A stretch of DNA of 64,000 bases from Nannocystis pusilla (GCF_049337375.1 NZ_JBMPIV010000001.1), one strand, 5' to 3'; positions 9,082 through 19,055 are shown, counted from the first letter of the stretch. The notes: generated by a model not told the origin, from the sequence alone. Made by a program: numbers and translations.

Positions 9082-10854
9082 TCACTCCGGGGTGCCCACG
9101 CGCAGGAAGGCGGGGCTGGCGACGAGCTCGGCGAGGAGCTCCTTCATGCGGTACTCGTTGTCCTCGAACGCCTGGTCGAGGTCCTTCAGCGCCCCGGCCT
9201 CGCCGGGCACCTCGAGGTGGCCGGTGGCGTGGCGGAACAGGTTGCGCACGAGGCAGCGCGTGACCGCGGGGCTCTGGCGCAGGAGGCTGCCGAGCTCGCG
9301 GGCGCCGTCGAACTCGCCGAGGCCGTCGAGGTTGCTGACGGTGTCGAGGGTGACGCCGTTCTCGACGAGGCGGAACACGCCGATGCCGTCGAAGTTCTCG
9401 AGGCCGAAGCCGATGTCGTCCATGAGCTTGTGGCAGCCCGAGCACGAGGGGTTGGTCTGGTGCTCGGCCAGGCGGTCGCGCATGGTCGGGTAGTCCTCGC
9501 CGACCGGCAGCTCGGTGACGACGTCGGGCGGCGGCGCCGGGATGCCCTGACACATCAAGACCTCGCGCACGAACTTGCCGCGCAGGGTCGGCGAGGTGCT
9601 GCTGATGTGCGCGTAGGCGGCGAGGAAGCCGCCCTGACCGAGCAGGCCGCCGCGCTTGCTGTCGACCGGGAGGTCGAACTGCTGCCAGGTGTCGCCGAGC
9701 ACCGCAGGGTCGGGGATGAGGCCGTAGAGCGCGGCGAGCGGGCCGTTGGCGAAGGTGTACGGGGCGTCGAGGAAGTCGCGGAAGTCGGCCTCGCGCGTGA
9801 AGGCGATGTCGTCGATGAGCTTCAACGCCTCCTCGCGCATGGCGGTCCCGAGGGCGGGCGACCAGGCGGGGAAGGTGGCGGGATCCTTGGGCAGCGCCTC
9901 GAGGGTGCGCAGGCGCAGGACCTCGGCGAAGAAGCCGCCGAGAGCGCCGCGCGCGGCTGGCGTTTCGAGCATGGTCCAAGCGACATCCCGGACGGCGTCG
10001 GCGGTGGCGAGGCCGTCGCCCTCGCCGAGGTCGATGAGCTCGCGCGTCGGGGTGGTGTCGAGCAAGAAGAAGCTGAGGCGCGTGGCGAGCTCGACGCCGG
10101 TCAGGACTCGCTGCGCCGGATCGTCGGGATCGGGCTCGCCGACCTCGACCTGGTAGAGGAAGTAGGGCGACTGCAGCAGGCCGGCGACGGCGTACTCGCG
10201 GCCCGACTCCCAGCTGCCGAACGCCAGCGCGGCGTCGCGGCCGACCGCGCCGTAGCGATCGATCTCGGCCTGGGTGAGGCTGCGGCGCCAGGCGACGCGG
10301 CCGAAGTTGGCGACGAACTCCTTGTGACAGGCTTCGTCATCGGCGCCGGTCGGCACGCAGGTGTGGTAGCTGGCGAGGATGGCGTCGTCGGCGGCGGCCG
10401 CGACCTTGCGCGCGGACTTCTCGTAGGTGTCGACGGCCTGATCGTTGAGCGCGAGCTGGGCGGCGCCGATCGACTCGAAGCCGTTGAGCGCGCTGTCCGG
10501 CGGGGTCTCGACCTCGGCGGCCGCGGCGTCGCCGAGCAAGTAGGCGACGGAGCTCCGGTACTGACGCGCGAGAAGGAGGCGCAGGCGCGCCGGGGCCGGA
10601 GCGAACTCTTCCCCACCGCCGTCAGTCGGGTCGGTGCCTTCGGTCGGATCGCCGTCGGTGCCGGCGGAGTTCGGCCCGCTGGTCTCGGTGGGATCCTCGC
10701 CGCCGGTCAGGGTGGGGTTGCTGGCGCTCTGGTCCTGGCCGGCGCCGTGGTAGCAACCGCCGGCGAGGCTCGCCGTGAGAGTGAGAAGGACCGCGAGCTC
10801 TCCCGGACCTTGCGGCCTGGATGGTGCGCGGGCGAAACGAGGCTGCCTGGGCAT
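9082..10854 (-). CDS. DUF1592/DUF1588-type protein with CxxCH heme-binding-like motif (partner of DUF1552)
   Basis: ATG 10854 with AAGGAG RBS; signal peptide/lipoprotein-like N-term (LTLTASLAGGC); motif NPSCSGCHKLMD (CXXCH); architecture matches the DUF1585/1587/1588/1592/1595 family that pairs with DUF1552. Confidence 0.8.
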   Translation of the reverse strand: MPRQPRFARAPSRPQGPGELAVLLTLTASLAGGCYHGAGQDQSASNPTLTGGEDPTETSGPNSAGTDGDPTEGTDPTDGGGEEFAPAPARLRLLLARQYRSSVAYLLGDAAAAEVETPPDSALNGFESIGAAQLALNDQAVDTYEKSARKVAAAADDAILASYHTCVPTGADDEACHKEFVANFGRVAWRRSLTQAEIDRYGAVGRDAALAFGSWESGREYAVAGLLQSPYFLYQVEVGEPDPDDPAQRVLTGVELATRLSFFLLDTTPTRELIDLGEGDGLATADAVRDVAWTMLETPAARGALGGFFAEVLRLRTLEALPKDPATFPAWSPALGTAMREEALKLIDDIAFTREADFRDFLDAPYTFANGPLAALYGLIPDPAVLGDTWQQFDLPVDSKRGGLLGQGGFLAAYAHISSTSPTLRGKFVREVLMCQGIPAPPPDVVTELPVGEDYPTMRDRLAEHQTNPSCSGCHKLMDDIGFGLENFDGIGVFRLVENGVTLDTVSNLDGLGEFDGARELGSLLRQSPAVTRCLVRNLFRHATGHLEVPGEAGALKDLDQAFEDNEYRMKELLAELVASPAFLRVGTPE

Positions 10855-11024
10855 GGGCGGCTCCTTGCTGGGGGATCCACCATAAGGGAGGGTCAAGATC
10901 TGCGTCCACGGCGCGCATCGTGAGGGGGGCTGTCTACTGAGGTTCCCTGTCCGCAGAAGACCCCACGCGCCGAGGTCGGGCCGTGACGCGCCCGCGAAAG
11001 CGTTGTATTACCGATCGTGGAGCG

Positions 11025-11555
11025 ATGAACCTCGTCCCGCCGACGTACATCTGCCTCGACCTGCCCGAGCCGCAGGCGTCGGAAGTGATGGCGCTGCGTC
11101 GCCGCTACTGTCAGCGCCTCAAAGACTTCCCGCCCGAGATCACGATCACGGGATCGAGCGGCGTGGGCGCGATGCTGCCGCAGCTCCACTGGGACCGCGT
11201 CGAACCCAAGCTCGAGGCCATCGCGCAGGAGTGGGCGCCGATCCGCGCGAGCCTCGGCGGGATGGTCCGCTTCCCGGACACCGACATCTTCTGCCTCAGC
11301 ATGTCGGACCCGATGCCGTTCATGGCCCTCCACGAGGCGCTCAAACACTCGGGGATCGCGTTCGAGGAGAGCCAGTTCCCGTTCTTCCCCCACTGCACGA
11401 TCCGCATGGCGGGGCCGCTCACCGACGCGGACGTCAGCGCGCTGTTCTCGCTCACCGTCCCCGGCGAATTCACGATCGCCGAGCTGGCCCTGTATCAGCG
11501 CACGACCGACGACCGGATCGTCCGCGTGTGGTCGCGGCCGCTCGCCGGCTCGTAG
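11025..11555 (+). CDS. 2H phosphoesterase superfamily (LigT/2'-5' RNA ligase-like) protein
   Basis: ~176 aa; second HxTx motif present (PHCTIRM); first motif degenerate; start chosen at MNLVPPTYICLD. Confidence 0.4.
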   Translation: MNLVPPTYICLDLPEPQASEVMALRRRYCQRLKDFPPEITITGSSGVGAMLPQLHWDRVEPKLEAIAQEWAPIRASLGGMVRFPDTDIFCLSMSDPMPFMALHEALKHSGIAFEESQFPFFPHCTIRMAGPLTDADVSALFSLTVPGEFTIAELALYQRTTDDRIVRVWSRPLAGS

Positions 11556-11617
11556 GCCCGTCGGCCGGCGAGAGGTGTTGCCGGTCGGGCCCGCGCTCGG
11601 GCACTCGGTCGATCGTG

Positions 11618-12658
11618 CGCAGATCGAGCCTCGTTTCCCTCGTCACCGTCGGCCTCGTCGCTTGCGAGGATCCGGCCGCGAGCAGCGCGACCGACGGCGC
11701 CTCGACCACCGGGGCGAGCTCCGAGATGTCCCCGACGACAGGTCCTATGGAACCTGTCCCAACGACCTCGTCATCGGGCAGCTCCGGATCTACCGCCGCG
11801 CAGGACGAGTGCCCCGAGGGCTGCGCGACGGACGAAGCGTGCGTCGGGGGCAGCTGCGAGGCCGTCGGTCGCGCGGACATCGAGGCCGGCTGCCACCCGC
11901 TCGGCGACCCCACAGGCCTCGGCCAGTGCGTGTACCCGTGGCCGTCGAACTTCTACACGACGCCGACAGCCGACAGCCCGACGGGCCTGGCAGTGGCGCT
12001 GCCGGCCGCGCTGCTGCCGAAGAACACGCAGCAGGCCGAGTTCCCCGCAGACGAGTTCCTCAATGGGAAGCCGGGGTTCACCCCGAACGCGCAGCTCCGG
12101 TTCGCGTCGGCGCAGCCCGTCGACGGATCGTCGCTGCCGCCGCTCGGCGACATCGGAAGCTCGCTGGCCGAGCAGGCGCCGATCGTGCTGCTCGAGGTCC
12201 GCTCGGGGGAACGCTGGCCGTACTTCGCGGAGGTCGATGCGACGGCCGTGGCAGGCGAGCCCCAGACGATCTTCGTGCGGCCGATGCGACGGCCGCGTGC
12301 GGGCGAGCGCTACGTGGTCGCCGTTCGCGGGCTGCGCGATAAAAACGGCGAGGAGATCCCGGCGTCGCCGCTGTTCCGCGCGCTGCGCGATGAACTGACG
12401 ACCGATGTGCCGCAGCTCGAGGCCGAGCGCGCGCGCTACGACGAGATCTTCGCGGCGCTGGCCCGGAGGTGGTGCAATGAGTGGCCGCATGTCGCCGATC
12501 CATCGCCGCCCCGGTCGGCAGCGCGCTCGCTCGCGTGCGGAGGGATATCCGCGGAGGCGGTAAGCCTGGCGACAAGGACATGTCCTTTGAGGAATGTCGG
12601 CCAGGCTATGTTGTATAGGACATGGCCTTTAGGGCATGTCCGTCAGGGCGTGGCGTGA
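11618..12658 (+). CDS. hypothetical lipoprotein (Ser/Thr-rich linker, Cys-rich segment); 3' end overlaps repeat array
   Basis: GTG start; SLVSLVTVGLVAC lipobox; ECPEGCATDEACVGGSCE; C-terminal ~30 codons run through the GGACATGTCC repeat array (12571-12645) so the true C-terminus is uncertain. Confidence 0.45.
   Translation, partial: RRSSLVSLVTVGLVACEDPAASSATDGASTTGASSEMSPTTGPMEPVPTTSSSGSSGSTAAQDECPEGCATDEACVGGSCEAVGRADIEAGCHPLGDPTGLGQCVYPWPSNFYTTPTADSPTGLAVALPAALLPKNTQQAEFPADEFLNGKPGFTPNAQLRFASAQPVDGSSLPPLGDIGSSLAEQAPIVLLEVRSGERWPYFAEVDATAVAGEPQTIFVRPMRRPRAGERYVVAVRGLRDKNGEEIPASPLFRALRDELTTDVPQLEAERARYDEIFAALARRWCNEWPHVADPSPPRSAARSLACGGISAEAVSLATRTCPLRNVGQAMLYRTWPLGHVRQGVA
12571..12645. repeat. 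array of five 14-bp-period (G)GRCATG(Y)CC units between/overlapping convergent gene ends
   Basis: ATG cores at offsets 10,24,38,52,66 of the block (exact 14-bp period), read directly. Confidence 0.7.
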
Positions 12659-14229
12659 AGGGTCGGCTGCAGCATGCCGGCGAGGCAGCCGAGGGCGGCG
12701 GTGTAGTCGCTGTCGCAGACGGACTCGATGCAGCAGCGCATGGCGCGTTCGTTGACGGCGGTGTCGGGGTCGTCGGGGATGTCGAGCGCCTGGCAGACTT
12801 CCTGGATCCGCCCGGGCGGGACGGCCTGGCCGGCAGGGCCGACGCAGCCGGGGCCGATGCCGAACTCGAATTGTTTGTCGTCCGGGGTGTCGGTGTCGCC
12901 GGGCAAGATGTCGTCGGGCCGCCAGTCGCGGTAGACGAGGGCGTCGACGCCGCCGGCGAGGGGCTCGAACGGAGGGGCTTGGTTGTGCTCGGTGACCTGG
13001 GGGACGCCGCCGAGGACGAGCATGACGACGTCCTTGCCGTGGAGCTGGCGCAGGTCGGCGAGGGCCTCGGTGTAGCGGGAGACGGGCTGGAGGACGTGCT
13101 TGTCCTCGGACATGCACCACTCGTACTCGCCGTCGTCGTCGTCGTCGGCGCAGGTCATGCCGGCGTTCCAGCACACGGCGCTGGTGGGCTCGGTCCGCTG
13201 GCCGCTGCTCGGGTGCGACGGCCAGTACTTGCTGAACTCGGGGTCGTCGTGCAGCTTGGGGTCGAAGTAGGCGAAGTTGAGGGTGGAGCAGTCGGTCTCG
13301 TCGGTGACGATGACGACCGCGAGCGGGGCGCCAGGGCGCAAGAAGGGCCGCTCGCCGATGTTCCACCGCGCCTCGAGGTCGAGCGCGCGCCGCATGGCCT
13401 CGAGCGGCGACTCCATGCCGCAGCCGTCGATGCCCTGCGGGCCGATGCAGGCGAGGGCGTCGGCCGCGGGGTCGCCCATGCCGTCAGGGTCGATGACGTT
13501 GTGGCCGGTGGGGCTGAAACGGATGAACGGATCGGTGGGGACGGAGGGGGCAGCCTCGGCGCAGCGCGAGGTGCAGATCTCGGACATCACCGGCGGATCG
13601 GCGCCGAGGCCGGTAAATCGCGCCAGGCGGTCGGTGCACGGGGTGTCGATCGGCTGGCCGTCGGCGGCGTCGTAGTCGGGCTTCTCGAACGGCGTGCACA
13701 GCGGGTGCGGCACGTCGGTGGTGGTGACCATGATGTGCACGTCGGCGCCGACGAGCTGACCGTTGGCGTCGCTGAGGCCGCGCAGCAGCTTGACGAAGGC
13801 AGGGAAGCTGTCGGCGAGCTGGCTCTGCTCCTCGCCCATGGTGCCGGAGTTGTCGATGACGAACAGGACGTCGAGCTGCTCGCAGGCGCCGCCGTCGATG
13901 CAGCCGGTCTCGGGCGGCGGATCTTCGCCGGTGGTGACGGGCTCGCCGGTGGTGCCGTCAGGCGGGTCGCCGGTGGTGTCCGGCTCGGCGGTGGTGGTCG
14001 GCAGCGGGTCGAGGGTGGTGTCGTCGACGTGCTGCGAGGTGACGACGAGGGTGTCGATGCTGATGGTGTCGGCGCCGTCGGTGTCACCGGGGAGCTCGCC
14101 CAGGGGGCTCGGATCGAGGATGCAGCCGAGATGTACGAAAGGACAGGTGAGAACCACGGCGAGGCACGCCCTCGCCGCGGAGGCGATCGGGCTGCGGTGC
14201 GTTCGAGAAGTGGGCACGGGTCGTCTCAC
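12643..14229 (-). CDS. secreted/lipoprotein with von Willebrand factor type A (vWA) domain
   Basis: DVLFVIDNSGTMGEEQ (DxSGT MIDAS), hydrophobic N-terminus; GTG start uncertain; follows anti-sigma gene in operon. Confidence 0.65.
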   Translation of the reverse strand: MRRPVPTSRTHRSPIASAARACLAVVLTCPFVHLGCILDPSPLGELPGDTDGADTISIDTLVVTSQHVDDTTLDPLPTTTAEPDTTGDPPDGTTGEPVTTGEDPPPETGCIDGGACEQLDVLFVIDNSGTMGEEQSQLADSFPAFVKLLRGLSDANGQLVGADVHIMVTTTDVPHPLCTPFEKPDYDAADGQPIDTPCTDRLARFTGLGADPPVMSEICTSRCAEAAPSVPTDPFIRFSPTGHNVIDPDGMGDPAADALACIGPQGIDGCGMESPLEAMRRALDLEARWNIGERPFLRPGAPLAVVIVTDETDCSTLNFAYFDPKLHDDPEFSKYWPSHPSSGQRTEPTSAVCWNAGMTCADDDDDGEYEWCMSEDKHVLQPVSRYTEALADLRQLHGKDVVMLVLGGVPQVTEHNQAPPFEPLAGGVDALVYRDWRPDDILPGDTDTPDDKQFEFGIGPGCVGPAGQAVPPGRIQEVCQALDIPDDPDTAVNERAMRCCIESVCDSDYTAALGCLAGMLQPTLHATP

Positions 14230-14241
14230 CCGCCGCGGGGG

Positions 14242-14952
14242 TCAGGGCTGCGCGGCAGATCCATTACAGAGCGTGGCCGCCCGGTCGACCAGAGGCGAGC
14301 CCGGAAAACGCTGCGGGAAGCTGGCGACCAGCTCGCGGGCGGCGTCGCGCTGGCCGAGGGCGCAGCGGGCCTCGATCTCGAGCAGGCTGCGCTCGGCGGC
14401 CAAAATGCCGCCGGGGAAGCGCCGGGCGTGCTCCTCGATCAACTGCAGGCGCTCGGCGGGCGCGGCCAGCTTGGCCCGCCGCAGCAGGTCGACCTCGGCG
14501 GCGACGGTGTCCTCACGCGCAGGGCGGCGCGCCTTGGAGGTGTCCGCAGGGCCAGGCTTGTCGGTGGGCTGCGCCTCGGGTGCGACCTCGGGCGCCGGAT
14601 CGGGCGCGGAGGCGCGGGCCGGATCGGGGCGCTGGACGGACTCGGCGGTCCGGGTCGCGTCGCCCTCGTGGGCCTGATACGGAGCGGCGACGTGGGTCTG
14701 CGGCGCCTCGCCGCCCTTCATGACGGCCCAGGTCAGGGCCAGCAGGACGCCGGCCGCCAAGGCGAAGCCGGCGAGCACCCGCGGGGCGAGGCGCGAGCGA
14801 GAGGGCGCTTCGTCGTCGAGGTCGTCGCCGCCGCCCTCCTCGACGCGCTGCTCGAGCGCGGCGAGGACTCGGTCGGCGATCGCGCGGTCGGGCGACTCGG
14901 CGCTGCGAAATGCGGCCAGGCGCGCCCGCGCCTCCGAACTCAGCGGTTCCAT
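14242..14952 (-). CDS. putative membrane anti-sigma factor
   Basis: Overlaps ECF sigma stop by 13 nt; cytoplasmic N-domain, single TM (LAGFALAAGVLLALTWAV), periplasmic C-domain; call based on position and architecture. Confidence 0.5.
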   Translation of the reverse strand: MEPLSSEARARLAAFRSAESPDRAIADRVLAALEQRVEEGGGDDLDDEAPSRSRLAPRVLAGFALAAGVLLALTWAVMKGGEAPQTHVAAPYQAHEGDATRTAESVQRPDPARASAPDPAPEVAPEAQPTDKPGPADTSKARRPAREDTVAAEVDLLRRAKLAAPAERLQLIEEHARRFPGGILAAERSLLEIEARCALGQRDAARELVASFPQRFPGSPLVDRAATLCNGSAAQP

Positions 14953-15506
14953 GCTGCTTGCCTCCCATCCGCTCGTTCGGTCTCGGCGATGGCCCGCTCG
15001 AACTCGGCCCGAGCGGCCCGCAGACGCGAATAAACGGTGTTCAATTTGACATCGAGGGCCTGGGAGATCTCCGGCGCCGTGAAGCCCTCGAGGTCGGCGA
15101 GGATGAAGACCATGCGCTTGTCGTTGTCGAGGCTGTCGAGGAAGCGTTGCACGAAGTCGGCGGCCTCGGCGCGCTCGGCGACGCGCTCGCGCGGTTGATG
15201 GGTATGGACGACGGCGAATGCCTGGATCCGGCGCTCGTGGCGCCGGAGGCCGCGGCGGAAGTCGCTGGCGACCCGCCGCGCGGTGCCGAACAGCCAGCTG
15301 CGCAGCGAGATCTGCGGGTCGAGGCCCGGGAGGCGGCGGTGCAGGACGAGGAATACGTCCTGGGCGGCGTCCTCGAGCTGGTCATAAGGGACCCCGAGGC
15401 GGCGAAGGATCCGCCAGACGAGGTCGAAGTAAGCGTAGTACACGGTGGCGAACCCGCGCTGCGCGTGCTCCTCGGGGCCAGATATGGGCGGCTGAAGCTT
15501 CAGCAC
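14940..15506 (-). CDS. ECF (sigma-70 family group 4) RNA polymerase sigma factor
   Basis: Region 2 (AQDVFLVLHRRL) and region 4 (APEISQALDVKLNTVYSRLRAARAEF) motifs. Confidence 0.8.
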   Translation of the reverse strand: MLKLQPPISGPEEHAQRGFATVYYAYFDLVWRILRRLGVPYDQLEDAAQDVFLVLHRRLPGLDPQISLRSWLFGTARRVASDFRRGLRRHERRIQAFAVVHTHQPRERVAERAEAADFVQRFLDSLDNDKRMVFILADLEGFTAPEISQALDVKLNTVYSRLRAARAEFERAIAETERADGRQAAWNR

Positions 15507-15515
15507 GGCAGGTAC

Positions 15516-16577
15516 TTATTTCTTTGGCCGGGCCGAGGTCGATCCGTCACGCCGCGCGCCGGGCCCGAGACGAATCTCGAGGCCGCCGCCGAAGCGCACG
15601 CCGACCGGCTGGGTGATGAAGACGAGCTCGTCGCTGACGGTGAACTGAGCCCGCAGCGGAGCGATGACGAAGTCGGTGCGGACGCCGAGGCCGACCCGAG
15701 GATGCGGCGACCACACGAGGCCGAGGCCGAGCAGGACGGCGAACCAGGGCGGGCGGGCCTGTCGGCGGTCGACGGTGATGCCGGCGCCCTCGGCGAGGAG
15801 CTGGCCGCCCTCGAGGCCGAGACACACCGGGATCTCGAGCGAACCGGGGAGGAACCGGCCGCAACCGCGGACCCCCAGCGCCCAGCGGGCGACGACGCCG
15901 ACCCGGGCGTCCTCGAAGGTCAGCGGGCGCGCCGGCATGTAGTGGCCCACGGCCTCGACGCGGAGGCGGTGGTAGAGGAAGCCGAAGGCGCCGCCGATGT
16001 CGCCGGCGATCGTCGGGGTGGCGCCGGCGTCGATCGCCCCGTCGACGCGCAGGAGGACGCTGAGCTTGTGGGCGCGCGCGGGTGGGGGCGCGGGCGGACG
16101 CGAGGGCGGAGCGGTGGGCGGCGCGGGCGGGGGATCGCGGACCGGCAAGGGCTCGGGATCGGCGGGCGCGGGCTCGACGGGGTCAGGCGGCGGCGGGACG
16201 GGGGTCGGAGGGGCTGGCTCGGGTTCGGGCTCGGGTTCAGGGGCAGGAGGCGCGAGCTGGTTGGCGAACTCGAGCGGGTCGATGGCGATGGCGATGATCA
16301 GCGCCGCGGCGCCGTCGAGCGAGTCGCAGGCGTCGGCGCGCTCGACCCGGCGCTGGGTGAGGCGCTGGGTGTGGATGTCGAGTCGCAGCTCGTAGCGCCC
16401 GGCGACCCGGCGGACGACGCCGCGCACGCGCACGCCCTCGAGGTCGGGCGGCCGGGTGAGGGCGGCCAGAGCTTCGAGGACGTCGTCGCGGGTCGGGCAG
16501 CCTGCGGGGGCGCGCCACTCGATCGCAGGCGGTCCGGCCAGCGACAGGAGGAGCAGCGCGGAGGTCGGACCGAGCAT
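15516..16577 (-). CDS. hypothetical secreted protein, Pro-rich linker (PEPEPEPAPP) and C-terminal beta-rich region
   Basis: ATG at 16577 (MLGPTSALLLLSLAGPPA signal-like); upstream part of 442-aa ORF is Arg-rich junk and excluded. Confidence 0.45.
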   Translation of the reverse strand: MLGPTSALLLLSLAGPPAIEWRAPAGCPTRDDVLEALAALTRPPDLEGVRVRGVVRRVAGRYELRLDIHTQRLTQRRVERADACDSLDGAAALIIAIAIDPLEFANQLAPPAPEPEPEPEPAPPTPVPPPPDPVEPAPADPEPLPVRDPPPAPPTAPPSRPPAPPPARAHKLSVLLRVDGAIDAGATPTIAGDIGGAFGFLYHRLRVEAVGHYMPARPLTFEDARVGVVARWALGVRGCGRFLPGSLEIPVCLGLEGGQLLAEGAGITVDRRQARPPWFAVLLGLGLVWSPHPRVGLGVRTDFVIAPLRAQFTVSDELVFITQPVGVRFGGGLEIRLGPGARRDGSTSARPKK

Positions 16578-16876
16578 GGCCGCAGCAGCCTCGGATGGTA
16601 GACGCGAGCCCGACCGGGACGCCAGGGGGCTGCGGCGGGGCGGCGCCGAGTTTGTTCGGCGTTCGGCGGCCGAGCGGTGAGCTGTCCTTCGGGACATGTG
16701 AACAGCGAGCGCGACGCGGCGCCCGGGGCGGAACCGCCCGGCGGTCGCGCGCGCGCCAGGACGCTCGGGGCGGTGTCCGCGGGGTGTCAGCGCGGGCGAG
16801 GCGGCGGCGTTGTGGGGCTGCACGCCGAGGCACGAGGCTGTCAAGCTGGCCCGTGCCCCGGCCCAAGGAGACGCGC

Positions 16877-19042
16877 ATGAACCCGTGGATGAAGTGGATC
16901 CTCCTGGCGACCCCGCTCGCGCTGACGCAGTGCCGCTCGAGCTCGGTGAGCCCGATCGGCACGGTGACGCCCGACGGCAACAACAACGTGATGCTGGCCC
17001 ACGGGCAAGGGGACGTGGCTTACGAGGCGCCGCCGCACACGTTCTCGGCGCGTCCGCACCCGCCGCGCAACCGCAGCGACGCGCCGCCGCCGAACCTGGC
17101 GGCCCTGCCGAAGATGGTGTCGCGGATCGATCAGTGCTACGGGCCGAGCGGCGGCGCCATCGCTTCCGGTGGCGGTCCCTCGGGCGGGGCGATACCCAAG
17201 CCGATCAAGAAGCCGGCGCCGCCGAAGCCGAAGTACAAGCAGGTGACCTACGGCGGCGGCTCGGCGCCTCCGCCCTCGCCGTCGCCGATCCAGACGACGC
17301 CGTCGGCCGGGGGGCTCGGCAAGGGCGAGGGGGCGGCGGGTCGCGGCAGCAGAGGGGGATTCGATGCCGGCGCAGCGCCGCCGCAGTCTCCTCCGCCGCC
17401 GCCGGTGACCGCGTCGAAGTCGGCGAACACGCAGGGGGACGCCGACATGCGCCGGGCCGAGAAGGCCGAGCAGAAGAAAAAGAAGGATCGCGGGCGCGAC
17501 AAGGCGGCCGAGGAGCGCCCGGGCACCGCCGCGGCGGCGCCGGCCGAGGCGCAGGTGGCCAGTGACGAGGCGGAGGACACGAACTCGGTGGCGTACGAGC
17601 CGGTCCAGCAGGTCGGCGACGGCGAGGCCCAGTACAGCGACTGGGGTCAGGCGACGTACCTGTCGAACGACGACACGATGAGCCTGTCGTCGGCGCAGCG
17701 GGTGATCTTCGCCATCGACAAGTTCCTGCCGGTGCCGCTCGAGCACATCCGGCCGCACGAGCTGCTCAACTACTTCTCGTTCGAGACGGCCGAGGTGGCG
17801 CCGACCGACGACTTCTCGGTGCTGCCCGAGATCGCCAAGGATCCGAAGCAGGACGGGATCTACAACCTGGCGCTGGCGATCCGCGGGCGCCCGGTCGACA
17901 AGCAGGCGCGGCGCAACGGCAACCTGACGTTCGTGGTCGACCGCTCGGGGTCGATGAGCGACGAGGGCCGCATGGACTACCTCAAGCGGGGCATGCGGAA
18001 GATGATGGGCGAGCTCAAGACCGGCGACCTCGTCAACGTGGTGCTGTTCGACCACGAGGTGTGCGTGCCGGTGGAGAACTTCGTGGTCGGGCGCGACAAG
18101 CCGGAGGTGCTCGAGAAGGCGATCGAGCGCATGAAGCCGCGTGGATCGACCGACGTGCACGCGGGCCTGACCCGCGGCTACGAGCTGGCCGACCGCGGCT
18201 ACCAGCACACCTACAACAACCGCGTGGTGCTGGTCACCGACGCGCTCGCCAACACCGGCAACACGGACCCGCGGACGATGTCGATGGTGGCCAAGTACTA
18301 CGACGAGCGGAAGATCCGCCTGTCGGGCGTCGGCGTCGGCACCGAGTTCAACGACGCGCTGCTCGACAAGCTGACCGAGCGCGGCAAGGGGGCCTACGTG
18401 TTCCTCGGCTCCGAGGCCGAGGTCGACGCGGTGTTCGGCCCGCGCTTCATCTCGCTGCTCGAGACGACCGCGATGGACGTCCACTTCCAGCTGCACCTGC
18501 CGCCGTCGCTGCGCATGAACGTGTTCTACGGCGAGGAGAGCTCGGCGGTGAAGGAGGACGTGCAGGCGATCCACTACTTCGCCAACACGTCGCAGCTGTT
18601 CCTGTCCGACCTGATGGCGCGCGGCAAGAAGCTGCGGCCGCAGGACCAGATCATGCTGACCATCGAGTACGAGGACCCGGAGTCGGGGCAGAAGATGGTC
18701 GAGGAGCGGGCGTTCCAGCTGGCGGAGATCGAGCGCGAGGCCTACAACATCCGCAAGGGTCGCCTGCTGATCGCGTGGGCCGACCGCCTGGCGCTGATGG
18801 CCTCGCGGCCGCAGCCGATCGGCACCGCGCCGGTCGCCGGGGCCTGGATCGACGCCGACGGCTGGCAGCAGTGCGAGCAGGGCAAGGCCGACCTGCGCGA
18901 CATGGCCCAGGGGATGAACGACCCCGAGGTCACCCGCGTGCTGTCGCTGTGGGACAAGTTCTGCGCGCGCTACGAGCAGCCGCGCAACCCCGTGCGCCGC
19001 ACCCCGGCGTCCGGGCCCGACGCGTGGCCGTCGGCCCGCTGA
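16877..19042 (+). CDS. YfbK-like secreted protein: vWA-interacting N-domain + vWA domain + DUF3520-like C-terminus
   Basis: ATG 16877 with AAGGAG RBS; signal peptide MNPWMKWILLATPLALTQC; SLSSAQRVIFAIDKFLPVP...NYFSF; vWA MIDAS FVVDRSGSM; ~720 aa. Confidence 0.75.
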   Translation: MNPWMKWILLATPLALTQCRSSSVSPIGTVTPDGNNNVMLAHGQGDVAYEAPPHTFSARPHPPRNRSDAPPPNLAALPKMVSRIDQCYGPSGGAIASGGGPSGGAIPKPIKKPAPPKPKYKQVTYGGGSAPPPSPSPIQTTPSAGGLGKGEGAAGRGSRGGFDAGAAPPQSPPPPPVTASKSANTQGDADMRRAEKAEQKKKKDRGRDKAAEERPGTAAAAPAEAQVASDEAEDTNSVAYEPVQQVGDGEAQYSDWGQATYLSNDDTMSLSSAQRVIFAIDKFLPVPLEHIRPHELLNYFSFETAEVAPTDDFSVLPEIAKDPKQDGIYNLALAIRGRPVDKQARRNGNLTFVVDRSGSMSDEGRMDYLKRGMRKMMGELKTGDLVNVVLFDHEVCVPVENFVVGRDKPEVLEKAIERMKPRGSTDVHAGLTRGYELADRGYQHTYNNRVVLVTDALANTGNTDPRTMSMVAKYYDERKIRLSGVGVGTEFNDALLDKLTERGKGAYVFLGSEAEVDAVFGPRFISLLETTAMDVHFQLHLPPSLRMNVFYGEESSAVKEDVQAIHYFANTSQLFLSDLMARGKKLRPQDQIMLTIEYEDPESGQKMVEERAFQLAEIEREAYNIRKGRLLIAWADRLALMASRPQPIGTAPVAGAWIDADGWQQCEQGKADLRDMAQGMNDPEVTRVLSLWDKFCARYEQPRNPVRRTPASGPDAWPSAR

Positions 19043-19055
19043 AGACGCAGCGACA

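Noticed and set aside
15516-16844. Full 442-aa ORF as the gene
   Set aside because: The first 89 codons are Arg/Pro-rich and precede a clear signal-peptide start (MLGPTSALLLL) at 16577. The CDS was trimmed to that ATG.
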